In this document: piece after piece, positions 52,360 to 64,000 of the stretch
Position numbering within the stretch: the first letter of the stretch is position 1
Layout of the letters: every line of letters begins with the position of its first letter
From: Octopus vulgaris
Taxonomy: Eukaryota
Length of the DNA stretch: 64,000 bases
Direction of reading: 5' to 3'
NCBI GenBank assembly: GCA_951406725.2
Contig: OX597820.1
Coordinates: 15,252,001-15,316,000 of the forward strand
Translations under genes and position numbers: made by a program
Notes under the pieces: generated by a model
What the model saw: the letters and a program-made list of their open reading frames with translations, nothing else
The model's database searches: none
What the model was told of the DNA's origin: nothing

Positions 52360-55309
52360 ATATATGGGGTAGAACACTGGCGTCTATGAAAAGAATTCTT
52401 AAAATGTTTTGATCCAATTTCAACTTGAAGTTTCCACATGTAATAAGTGTCTAGAATTGATAAGACATTATTTAAAAAATTAATAAAAAAGAACTTGGTT
52501 TATAGTAAGAGGTAGGCCAGACAACACATGGAAGGATTTAGAACAGATTAAGAGTACTGGAACTTACAGACGAAGTAATTATGAAACGAGACTGGGTGAG
52601 AGAAGCAACTTAAGCTTACACAGAGAAGCAGGCATTCAATAATGATATTTGAAATTACAAAATCTTTCTTTAAATATTCAATGAGTATTTTGAAGTCTAA
52701 TGCAGTTGGCTACATGACAGGCAACCACTTGCCAAGCTTTGGCTTCAATTATACATGCATTGTTACATATGTAAAGTTGGTCTGGTAACAATTAGAGCCA
52801 GGTGGATTTATTCAAGGGGAAGACAAAAAAGAAAAGAAAAATTTTGATGATGATAACGATTATGATTGCAATGAACATTAGAGGCAAGGTGAAAGTGTTT
52901 TTTTTTCTTTTCTTTTTTTTTGAGAAAAAAAATTTGGAAATTTGTTATAAAAAATGCTTTAACCATTTTGTTACCATATTTCCATTGAAATACATTGCAT
53001 TTGTTTTAATTAATTTTGAAAATGATGAAAAATTAATTAAAATGACATTCATTGACGAAAGGTTTTAATCTAACAATTTAAAACTGGAAGTGTATATCAG
53101 GACCAATGGCAGTCTCAGGTGTGTTGGTACCAAAATGGTTAAACAGTGAAATCTTTTAAGTCGGACAAGACTGATAATGAACAACCAATTCAAAAATACT
53201 GAGGGTATTGACTCAAAAGATTTGTTAAAACTGGAACAATTAAATTATAGAAAATGTTACCAGTGTCGCCTTACTGGCACTTGTGCCGGTGGCACGTGAA
53301 AAGACATTTGAGCGAGGTCGTTGCCAGTGCCACTGGACTGGCTCCTGTGCAGGTGGCATGTAAAAAAAACACCATTTGAGCATGGCTGTTGCCAGTACTG
53401 CCTGACTGGCCCTCGTGCCGTTGGCACTTTAAAAGCACCCACTACACTCTTGGAGTGGTTGACGTTAGGAAGGGCATCCAGCTGTAGAAACTCTGCCAGA
53501 TAAGATTGGAGCCTGATGCAGCCATCTGGTTCGCCAGTCCTCAGTCAAATTGTCCAACTCATGCTAACATGGAAAGCGGACGTTAAACGATGATGATGAT
53601 GATGATGATGATGAAAATACTGATCTACCAGCAATATAATTCAGGCCAACAATGACCAGTGACTGTCCTCTACAAGATCCTACAAGCTTTTCCACACAAA
53701 CAATATTGCATGAAATTTCAATTTTTTCCACACTACAACGTTGTAATGCTGAGCTACACAATGAAACATAAGTTTTTAAAATACACCTGGACGTACAAAG
53801 GTATACAGTTTAAGACCACAGACTATTTAAACTAGTGAAAGCACATAGCCAAGTGGTTAGGGTGTCGATCATGGTTTTGATTCCCAAACCAGCAGAGTAT
53901 TGTGTTCTTGAATGAAATACTTCATTTTATGATGTTTCTGTCCACTCAGCTGTAAATGGCCCTGCAATGACTGATCTCTCGATCAAGGGGAATGTTGAGA
54001 TTTCAGTCACTTACATGCCATGAAAACCAGGTAACCAGCAAGGTATCTCAAAAGAAATTAAATGAGAAAAATAGCCTACAACATCCAAATGATACCTGGA
54101 CAAATTCCTCCAAGAAGCACCAGACAAACCATCAACACCTGGATACATATCAATCAACAACAACTCCTTGCTCGAGTGGTCCATGGTGTCTCAAAACATG
54201 ACTTAAAAGACCTCTCTAGGTGGCGCTATTACGTTAGTCAAGGCCTGGACCATTAATTGGCCAAAACCAATCTAAATTATCTAAGTTAATTGATCAAGAT
54301 ACCTCAAATCAATATCAGCTGCTTCTCTACAACTAACCTTGTCTTGAGTTTAAGCACCCTATATAAACCTTAGGGAGTTATAACAATTGTATACTTCAAC
54401 TACAGCCTCTACAAGTCAACAAGGATGTGAAAGTCCTTACATGGTCACACAACCTACTAGAAATAGGAGGTAAATCTCCCTCAAATCAAACAATCTTTAA
54501 AATTGAAAAAAAAAAAAAGCACCTTAGATAATGTAGTTCTACAAATATTTTAAAAAATAGGAAGGTCATATGACTGAAATGTCTTTGATTATCAATCTGC
54601 TTGATCAAGTTGACCAGGAAGCAAAATAACAACTTTCTGATATACAAAAACAGATTAGGCAATCAACTTGCATGTATCATGACTGACCTGCTACAGTGCA
54701 TCTCTTACACATTCCATTCAAGTTTATATCCTCTCCTAAATAAAACTGAAACCTAATGCCTGAGTGAAAAACTACCAACACCACTTGTAGCCATATTTAT
54801 CACCAGCTCAAAATAACACAATATACTCTATTGCAAACCAGGTTACATTTATCATGAATTGATCTGTGATAACACAGGTAAGTGATCATTGAAAGGCTCT
54901 TTCTGCTTGTACTACAAAAAGGTGCCCCATCAATCACCCACAATGCACTTGCGTTTATGTGAGTATGCTGCAAGGCTGCATATTTTTTATACAGATTTAG
55001 ATATTTGCACCTATCAACAAATGATCAGTGAACAGAGGAAGTAAAAAAGTGGCTGATCCTAACAACACAGGTGAGTGTATTCTGTTCAGGGAAAAGTAGA
55101 GATCAAGAAAATACAGGACAGTGAAAGCTTCACTGTTGTGGGTTGTAAGTTTGGGGTCAATAAATTTACTAATTATTTAATTTTTTAACTGAACCATTGT
55201 GGTAAATGAGGAGAAATGTGCTACTATATGCTACAATTTTTATTGGCACAGTGAATGATTTAATTGGTGGAACACTGGCCAAAATATTCAGCAATTTCTT
55301 TATTGATGT

Positions 55310-55580
55310 GTTTGATTCCTGGTGGTACACTGTGTTCTTGAGCAAGACACTTTATTTCACATTGCTCCAGTCCACTCAACTGACAAAAATGAATTGTACC
55401 TGTATTTCAAAGGGGCCAGCTTTGTCATTTTCTGAGTCTCACTGAGTCCCCCTGAGAACAACATTAAGGGTACGTGTGTCTGGGGAGTGCTTAACCACTT
55501 GCATAGTAATTCTACAAATAGGCTGTTCCTATGATCAGACCCGCTGGAACCCTTGTCATCGTATCCGGCAGAGCGCCAGT
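55310..55580 (+). mobile_element. CORE-type SINE with a distinct 3' tail (family E)
   Basis: GTGTTCTTGAGCAAGACACTTTATTTCAC..GCTCCAGTCCACTCA CORE-like block; a homolog at ~63770-64000 runs off the window end. Confidence 0.7.
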
Positions 55581-56145
55581 GTATACATGTATGTCTGTCT
55601 TCATATTTTAAGTTGAAATCTGAGGGTGGTTTTGCTTCCATTCTTCCAGGGTCAATAAACAAATACTTACTAGTCAAGCACTGTGGCTGATCTAATCAAC
55701 TACATTGCCACTCTTCAAACATTGTGGCTTTGTGCTGATATTAGACATCATCATCATTATTATTATTATTGTTACTAAAATAGCTTAAACAACTATAGTC
55801 ATTATTGTTGTTTATTTATGTTCTTTCAGATGCAGCCCATATTGTTGGAAACCATACCAAGATATTCTTCTCTAAAAATAGGATTAAGAGAAAGAAAATG
55901 GCAAAATGAAACACTGTTTGTTCTTTTAAATGTTTTGAGTTGGACTAAACTATCCTGTCTAACTCATCCTAAATAATCTTCTTAATAACTTACAGAGAGC
56001 TACTTTCTTTTCTTCAATGATTTTTTTCTAAGTAATATATAGTAGATGTAGGCAAGGCTGTGTGGTTAAGAAGCTCACTTTACAATGCTGTAGTTACAGG
56101 TTCAGTTTCACTGTGTGTCACTTTGGGTAAGTGTCTTCTATTATA

Positions 56146-56377
56146 TATTTCTTTACTGCCCGCAAGGGGCAAAATATAGAGGGGACAAACAAGGACAGAC
56201 AAAGAGATTAAGTCGATTACATCGACCCCAGTGCGAAACTGGTACTTTTATTTATTGATCCTGAAAGGATGAAAGGCAAAGTTGACCTCGGCGGAATTTG
56301 AACTCAGAATGTAATGACAGACGAAATACCACTAAGCATTTCGCCCAGTGTGCTAACGTTTCTGCCAGCTCGCCACT
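56146..56377 (-). mobile_element. Family C SINE nested in a family B SINE, 10-bp TSD
   Basis: TTCTATTATA at 56136-56145 and 56378-56387; the family B sequence resumes seamlessly after the insert. Confidence 0.88.
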
Positions 56378-56774
56378 TTCTATTATAGCCCCAAGCCAAC
56401 TGATACCTTGTGAATGAATTTGGTAGATGGAAAATGTGTTGAAGCCAGTCATATACATAAGTGTGTGTGTGTGTGTGTGTGGCAACTGGATGTTAGTTTG
56501 TTTATGTCTCCTTAACTTAGTGGTTTGGCAAAAGAGACCAACAGAATAAGTACCTGACTAAAATAATAAGTAGTGGGTCTGATTTATTCAACTAAACCCT
56601 TCAAGGCAATGCTCCAGCATGGTTGCAGTTGAATGACTGAGACAAGTAAAAGACAAAAGATAGTATGTAAGCCACCACTAATTAATCTGTTCTATTTTGG
56701 ATGCTTAGAGCTTTCAAAATTGCTAAGGAGAGCAATCTGGGATGCTGCCCAATGCTTACAAAAGAGATCTTTAA

Positions 56775-56991
56775 CCCTTTCATTACTGTATTTATTTTGA
56801 GATTCTCTGTTTTTCTCTCAATTATTTTAAATATCACAAAGAATTTAGTAAAATAACTTATCATTAATCTAGTGTTAGGAACATTAATTGTGACTAAGGT
56901 TTGGTGAAAGATTTTAATTCAAAACTTATGAAAACAAGACATTTGTACTATAGAGCCAGAGCCGGTTTCAGCCAGGTTAGTAACGAAAGGG
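56775..56991. mobile_element. piggyBac-type MITE (family P1), best-preserved copy
   Basis: TTAA|CCCTTTCATTACT...AGTAACGAAAGGG|TTAA (12/13 TIR, TTAA TSD). More decayed copies at ~3500-3651, ~44780-44988, ~52960-53142 and ~58560-58742. Confidence 0.88.
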
Positions 56992-57410
56992 TTAAGAAGA
57001 TTCAACTAAATCGAGAAAATAGATATCAAGAAAAGGAAACAGTAATTGTAAAACATCTGCTCCCGGAAGATATATTTCTTATGTTACAACACAGTTAAAA
57101 TACGCCAGAACCAAGGAAGAAATTTCTACATGGTTACTTAACTTACTAGAAACAGCAGCCAAATTTCCTTCAAGACAACCATACGGTCTTATTTGAAGAA
57201 AAGTTTACTTTATATAGTCTCATATAAAAATCACCACTGAAACTAGTAAAGCATTGATTCAGAATATGTATCCATAATTGCAAGATTATCTATCTATGTA
57301 TCAGTTAGAAATCCAACCAATGCCAGAATTACTAACTTTGGTAGGTTTTCAGAGAACTAATGTTAGTTTAAGTATTTTAGGATGTTGGCTATCACATCAA
57401 AGGGTACTCA

Positions 57411-57639
57411 TTAACCGTTTAGCATTCAGATTACTCTGTCAAGTTGAACACTTAATTAACCACAAGGTTTTGAATGAATTATGCATTATATTTGTAGCTT
57501 TGAGATTTAGGTGGTGTGACTGTATGCATTTAGAATGACATTGTAGGGTAAGTGTAAGAGGCCAGATAAGGACAGTTTGAGCATAAAGCAGATAGCATAT
57601 TTGGATTGGATATGACTGGTTTAAATGCTAAGTGGTTAA
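57411..57639. mobile_element. piggyBac-type MITE (family P2)
   Basis: TTAACCGTTTAGCATT...AATGCTAAGTGGTTAA. Confidence 0.75.
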
Positions 57640-60600
57640 TCTAATATTTTCTCACCAGCATTGTTTTGAATTGTTAAGAAAAATAAGAGTCACCTCTCAA
57701 TAGCTCAACTCATGAAACAAAACATTAATAAAAGAGAATGATGACACATCGCTACTGAAGTCAAATGGAAAAATGCTTAAATAACAAAGGTTTTTATTAG
57801 ATTGCATTAACGAGCTCACAATTTTACCATAGGCAAAAGCTTTCAACAAATTCATGTTCTTCTCAAGCAAGATGTTTTTCAACGATTTAATGCCATAAAA
57901 TTACAGAAAATATCAGCATATTTCACATATGCCAAAAGTAACCATTTAGAAATTAATAATATACATAAAAAAAAAACACAAGTAAAAATTCCTTTCAAAT
58001 TTAGGTTGTATCAACAATTTCTACCCAACATCCTAAATATTGCCTACTTTATTTATGTATTGAACAACTTATACAAATAAACTGAATGCCTCTTTGTTCT
58101 ATAATCCTTTAATCAAACTGTTTTTCAGGTCAAATCAGATTGTAAACACTGTGATTAACATGACCTTCGTGTGTAGTAAATAAACTAGTTTCTTTTGATG
58201 AGAGCACAAGGCCTATTTAAATAGAAAGTAAGTATACTCAACCGAATTGACTCTAGTTTGTTATTGACAGTTATTTGATCAACACCAGCAATATTTGAAC
58301 TCTCAATAAGGAGGAGAAATTTAATTGACAAAAACTGAAAAGCAAGGTGATCCATTGTTTAAATCAGGGTGTACAGAACCCCTTGTTACAAGGTAAAATT
58401 TTGACCATGTTCAAATGTTAAGCCAACCCTTGACAAAGTTCTCTAAAAATCCATATAGTAAAAAATTAGTTTAAACCTTAAAACCCAAACAAGAATTTAA
58501 TATAGTTGCCTTCAAGACCTCTTAAAACATAAACAAATTTCCTTAAGTTCTTTCATCTGAAATACACTGCCTGTTTCAATTAATTTTGAAAATAATGAAG
58601 AATTTAGTAAAATTTATTATTAAGATAGTGTTTGGAACATAATTTAACATGAAATTTTGAATAAAAAGTTTAATTTCAAACAGTTTTAAAACAGATTATA
58701 TAACAAGGGGAAGTCTTGAGTAAGCTGTATCAAAAGGGTTAAGTTATAATGCATGTCTTATATTAATTAAGAATCAAAATACTTATGGTGTATCATATTC
58801 TTATTGCAAATTAGCATTTAATATTTGTTTTCCTTCCAGCACTCATTTTCAAAAAATCTATTTGAAGACATTACTGTCATACCAGGTATTTGTTATTGGT
58901 GACAAACAGACAGATGATAAGACAGACGTGTTGTTATAAATTACATAGAAACCTACATAATGAACATAAAAACATGACAAATTTACCTATATCTTGGAGC
59001 AATATTTAGTTTCTTTGCTTATTTTGATTGAAGGTTTTAAAATCAATTTTGCAAAGTGCAACACAATAACCTCTTCTGAACTGACTAATTTTCATAAAAG
59101 AAAGGAGTTACTAAGTAAGTCCTTTGTTCATTATAAATTGGATACACGGTGTATATGCATGTCATACTTGTGAAGATTTTGGTTGTAGTTCATAAAAAAT
59201 CCAACCTTGAAAGTTATTATTTAACTAAGCATATAAAATAGCAACACATGAAAGGAATGCTACATTTAAATGAGTCAGCATTTTAAAAAGAGTTTTTATG
59301 CAATCAAATTTCAAAAGATATTAAAGAAACTACTTCCATAAAGCAAGCAAGTTATGAAGTATATGAGCTAATTGCAAAAAAATTGAAATCACACATGAAA
59401 GGTAAGTTAGTTAAAGAGCCAATAGTTATTGCTACACAAATTTTCAATTCTAGCAATATTAGCTTGCCTGAAAATATTAGTTTATCATGGAGGACAGTTG
59501 CTGACCATAAAAAAAGACAGGACAGTATACAATAATATTTAAGTATTCTTGAACGAAACTTTTTTTTAGAATTTCTATTTTATGCAATAGCAGTAGAAGA
59601 AACAACAAAATGTTGTGTATGTAGGACAACTGGTTTATTTTTATGTGGAATAATGCCAGACTTTATCATACAAGAAGCTTTACTTATTGAAGCACAGAAC
59701 TACTACAAGAGGTGGAGACCTTTTTTCTGAGTCACATTAATAGTAAATCATTTTAAATAACTCTATCAAAAGCTTAGTGGTATAATTACATATAAAGTAA
59801 TGATAGGATCTCAAAAAAAAAAAATTAATTTTAATCAAGAAATTATTAAAGAATCCTCAACTGGATTCTAATATTTTAATAGTGCTTTGTTACCTTGTTG
59901 ATCAACAAAATATATTCATAAGATATAAGGCATTGGACAACAGAATTTATAGAAATTTTGAGGGATCCAAGAGTGGAAGGGGAAATAAAACTGAATACTC
60001 TATTACAACTTAATATACTAAATATTTACTCAACAAGGACAAAACAGTTGCTTTGTACAGAGTAAAAATAAAGAGTTCTCGCTGTCCTAAGATTTGTATG
60101 TTCATTCGAGGTAATATAACTGAGCTAAATGGGAGAAACAGTGATGAATGGAGAACCAATAGATGCATGAAGGAAGCAAGAATAATCATGATAGGCCAAA
60201 GTGACAAGTATTGATAGAGTTGAAGAAACTGGGTGGGTGGCAAGGAAACCAAGATATAATGTATTTTATTTATGCGCCCTTTTCAAGCCTAGCCAGACTC
60301 ATGGGCCCGGTTTCCCAGTTTCTATGGCGTATGTGTTCCCTGCCAGAAACAGGAAGAAGAGTGGGAGAAAGTTGGGGCGAAAGAGTACAACAGGGATCAC
60401 CACCCACCCCTGCTGGAGCCTCATGGAGCTTTAGGTGTTTTCGCTCAATAAACACAGAATGCCCAGTCTAGGAATCGAAACCGCAATCCTCCGACCGCAA
60501 GTCCACTGCCCTAACCACTGGGCCATTGCGCCTCCACAATATAATGTATACCTAAACAGTAAAGAAGCTAAATAAAGGAGATTTAGCATTGCTTTAAGGA

Positions 60601-61247
60601 TGAGAGGAAGACCACTTTTCAATTTTAAGTTTGTGTGTTATTAGGGAGAAAAGTATCCAGAATGACATCTCTGTGCTTTTCTTCAGTAATAATTAAAGAT
60701 TGATGAAAATATAATGAGAATCTGCAGAATGAGGAATCAGTAAGATAGTCAGAAACTACCAAGAGTGGAGCTGACAAAAGAGAGTCCAGCGACTTAAATT
60801 TTAGTGCATAAAATTATTAATAAGGTATGGCTGTGTGTTTATGAAGCTCACTTTGCAACCATGTGGCTTCAGGTTCAGTTCCACTGTGCAACACCTTTGG
60901 CAAGTGTCTTTTACTATAGCCCTGGGCTGACCAATGCCTTGTGAGTAAATTAGGTAAAGGAGACTATGTGGAAGCCCATCATATATATATCATGTGTGTG
61001 TGTGCGCATATGTTTGTGTTTCCTCTCCCCATCACTTGACAATTGGTGTTGGTTTGTTTACATCCTCATCACCTAGTGATTCAGCAACAGAGCCCAGTAG
61101 AATAAGTACAAGACTTCTTTTTTTTAAAAAAGTACAGGGTCAATCAGCTTGATGAAAACCCTTCAACGCAGTGCTCCAGCATGGTTACAGTCTAATGACT
61201 GAAACAAGTAAAAAAATAAAAGATAAGATGAAGACAAGTAAAGTATT

Positions 61248-61984
61248 TGTACATTATTTACATTTGATGGATATTTGTCCTCATCGTTTTTGTTGTTAAC
61301 ACATTTCAGCTGATATACTCTCCAAGCCTTCATCAGGTGTCTTGGGGAAATTTCGAATCTGGGTTCTCATTCCTAAGGTATTTTCTGATGTTGTTGCTAT
61401 TATTATTATTATTATTATTCAGTAGTATATTTTTTATATCGTGCTTTCACTTCACTACCGAGCGCAGCTCTGTGTGCCTTGGGTATGTGCTGTGATTTGT
61501 TGTGATGCTCTGATGGTTATTGTATGGAAAGTGTTCTGTGTAGGATGTGTGCAGTGCCCAGTAGTGCAATTTTCTGTATGTTATATGTGTTTGTAAGTCC
61601 TGGTGTTTTTGTTATGTATTTGTCTGAATATTCTTTTATCATGCCTAATGCACCTATTATGATAGGAATTGTTTCTGTTTTTAGATTCCACATTCTGGTT
61701 ACCTCTATTTCCAGGTCTTTGTATTTTGAGAGTTTCTCCATTTCTTTTAGAGACACGTTGTCATCCGCTGGTATTGATACATCAATTAGAAAACATTTTT
61801 TTTCTTCATGATCTCTGACAACTATATCTGGTCTGTTGGCCTTAATTTCTCTATCTATGTGTATTGGCATATCCCAGAGTATGGTTATTATTATTATTAT
61901 TATTATTATTCAGGTCACTGCTTGGAATCGAACTCGGAATCTTGAGGTTAGTAGCCCGTGCTCTTAACCACTATGCCATATGCC
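61248..61984 (-). mobile_element. tRNA-headed hammerhead element (copy 2), interrupted by a Dong insertion
   Basis: 61248-61419 and 61885-61984 are collinear with 31619-31851. Hammerhead remnant at 61299-61340 (ACAC-CTGATGA-A-GGCTTGG...TCAGCT-GAAA-TGTGT); B-box GTTCGATTCC intact. Confidence 0.85.
61420..61884 (-). mobile_element. 5'-truncated R4/Dong-clade retrotransposon (RLE domain plus 3' UTR) inserted in (TAA)n
   Basis: Uninterrupted frame ILWDMPIHIDREIKANRPDIVVRD...LIDVSIP...EKLSKYKDL...IPIIIGALG...IQKIALLGTAHILHRTLSIQ* (ORF 61517..61870); (TAA)n tracts on both sides. Confidence 0.92.
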
Positions 61985-62149
61985 TGTGGGCAATTATGTA
62001 TTGGAAAGTATTGCTTGAAAGTAGCAGATTATGTAGTAAACTCTTTTAGAATGAGAGGAAGGTGTGATAGCCTTATGACTGTCTGACGTAATAGTACCAT
62101 AATCAACAGTGACAATGATAAAGATATATTAGAGAAATAATTATAGTTT

Positions 62150-62620
62150 GGGCTTCTGCAAAGGTATTGGAAACAAAGGCTTTCTCTCATCATGTAAAAA
62201 TCAAGAAGCATGTTTGAAGAATGTGATGCTGTGTAGCAGAAAGTTTTTGTCATTTAAAGTAGATCAGCAGAAGCTGGAGCGAAACGGGCCAGGTATGATC
62301 CTTTGGATGTGTAATTTAAGTATGCATAAAAGCCAGAGCAGAAATGAAGTGAGAGAAACAGCTGGCTGTGAAATGTAGTGAACAATGGATGCAGGAGAGA
62401 TGGCCATGCTGGTATGGACATATAACATGAATGGACAACACATGATAGGTGCAAAGTGTTGTGTGCTGTCAGTGAAATGTATTAGTGAAAGAAGACCAAG
62501 GTGGGATATGGGGACAGAAATGATGAGGTCAGATCTTAGAATGCAATGCCTTACAGACAAGGTAACAAATGATCAAGACACATAGCAAATTACTGTACAG
62601 CAAATCCATCTAATCAAAGC
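62150..62620 (+). mobile_element. Old RTE-like LINE 3' remnant
   Basis: Degenerate motifs KLERN..MILWMCN, WYGH-like TGGTATGGACAT and RRPR..W; a similar decayed remnant lies on the minus strand at ~13200-13800. Confidence 0.5.
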
Positions 62621-63012
62621 CAAAAAAAGGGGAAAAAAGCTAAAAAGAAACTATTTAAATTGTTGATGATAATATATATTAAAATTATTTAAGTGTTTTT
62701 TAAATATCTATTTTAAAACAATAATTAAATGAAGGGAATAAACAAAATTGAAAAATAACTTTTTTCTTTTTCTTTTCTGGAATCAGCAAATTAAAAAATT
62801 CTTTCAAATTAAAAATAAATCAATTAATGAATATGTAGACTATATCTACATTTAGATTACAAACAAACAGATTAGTAAATTAAATGGATTAATGGCTGAC
62901 GTGAAGAGCAGGCAGCAATATTAAAAAATAACAAGAGTTTGATTAAATAGGATAGTGAAAGGAGGATGAAGAGGAAGTGGAGGAGGATGAGGAGGAAGAC
63001 GTTATTTCTTAC

Positions 63013-63075
63013 GTTTTTTCTTAAGTCTATCTAAGGTACGCTCTCGTTCTAGAGGGCGGTTATTGCTGACGTCCC
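63013..63075 (-). CDS. PPFIBP1: Liprin-beta-like gene, internal coding exon A (63 nt, phase 1-1): (G)DVSNNRPLERERTLDRLKKK(Q)
   Basis: Minus strand reads tttgtttcag|GGGACG...AAAAAAC|gtaaga, with a polypyrimidine tract and an open frame. The terminal C joins the AG of the next exon to give CAG (Q) in frame. Assignment to this gene rests on frame compatibility, not recognised homology. Confidence 0.75.
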
Positions 63076-64000
63076 CTGAAACAAAACAAACAACAAACAA
63101 GTGAAATTCACTCTAAAACAAGAATAAACAGAATCGAGGGGGAAAAAAAAAAACACTTATAAGAGAAATAAAGTATAAATAAAGAGTTCTTATTCTGTTA
63201 AAAACAAGAATTTTTTTGAAAGTTACCAGTAATTTCCTTATATATAAATAATGAAAAATAGTATTTTTTTAAACATGACAAGATAAAAATTTGGCAGAGA
63301 AAAAAACCCCAGATAAGGTGTTTCAAGATTATCGTCATACAATGTTCACTAACATTTTGGAAAATATCACATAATATCTCCCACCATCCATCTCTCTTGC
63401 ACAGACAGAGTTATTATTACTATAATATGCCTGATGTAAGTATATGCATATAAAATGATATATAACACTTTTAAATAAACAGAAATGAAAAAAAAAAAAA
63501 ACAATACAATGACACTTATTGGTTAAAATTGTCAGTTGATGTCATATCAGTAGTATTTTTCGACAAAATATAGTTTTTCCATAACCAAAATATTAAATGT
63601 ATTATGCATATCACCATGAGGGAGCACATATGGTCATCCTATCAATAACATTGTTTCCATACAAAAAGAACGTTATAACCTGCTGCCATGTTTAGTTAAT
63701 TCCTGGAGGTGTTTTTAAAGTCACACCCATGAGGTGGGGGAGAGGCCCATGCATAAATGTAATGCATGTGGCTAAGTGATTAGGGTTTTCGGATCATCAT
63801 AAGGGCATGAGTTCAAGTCTTGGCAGCATGTTGTGTTCTTGAGAGCAAGACACTTTATTTCATGTCACTCCAGTCCACTCAGCTGGCAAAAATGAGTTGT
63901 CCCTGTATATGTAAGGGACAGCTTTGTCACATTCTGTGTAATGGTGAGTTTCCTTGAGAATTACAGGAAGGGTATGTGTGTCCTGCAAAATGATCAGACA

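Noticed and set aside
61517-61870. Intact 117-aa nuclease-like ORF as a host or horizontally acquired restriction enzyme gene
   Set aside because: Homology continues upstream of the Met (ILWD) to an abrupt truncation at (TAA)n, so it is the C-terminus of an R4/Dong ORF.

Overview
AT-rich, repeat-dense eukaryotic DNA. The SINE, MITE and microsatellite content is typical of an octopus (coleoid cephalopod) genome; that assignment is inferred from repeat-family recognition. The whole window lies inside one large minus-strand gene. Six short GT-AG exons (63013-63075, 38595-38656, 10982-11066, 4885-4991, 4284-4338, 1029-1180) splice in frame to ...DVSNNRPLERERTLDRLKKKQSEIEKLKKAVDSLMLANEEKDRRLEDYGKLLRRYKKIEEMLIQAQGRRALDDLMANFEDD..., which I recognise as the coiled-coil/linker region of liprin-beta (PPFIBP1/2-like). 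The introns (up to about 27.5 kb) contain: at least four tRNA-derived or RTE-tailed SINE families; piggyBac-type (TTAA), pogo/Tigger-type and hAT-type MITEs; a decayed Helitron Pif1 helicase plus two short non-autonomous Helitrons; RTE, R4/Dong and CR1-like LINE remnants; a decayed pogo/Tigger transposase; and an initiator tRNA-Met pseudogene. The most unusual signal is a small repeat, present twice, that joins a tRNA-like Pol III head, a (TAA)n tract and a minimal type I hammerhead ribozyme motif. One copy has a Penelope-like inverted terminal duplication; the other has been hit by an R4/Dong retrotransposon inside its (TAA)n tract. Most ORFs in the supplied track are spurious translations of repeats or microsatellites. 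All calls are by eye; no database search was run.
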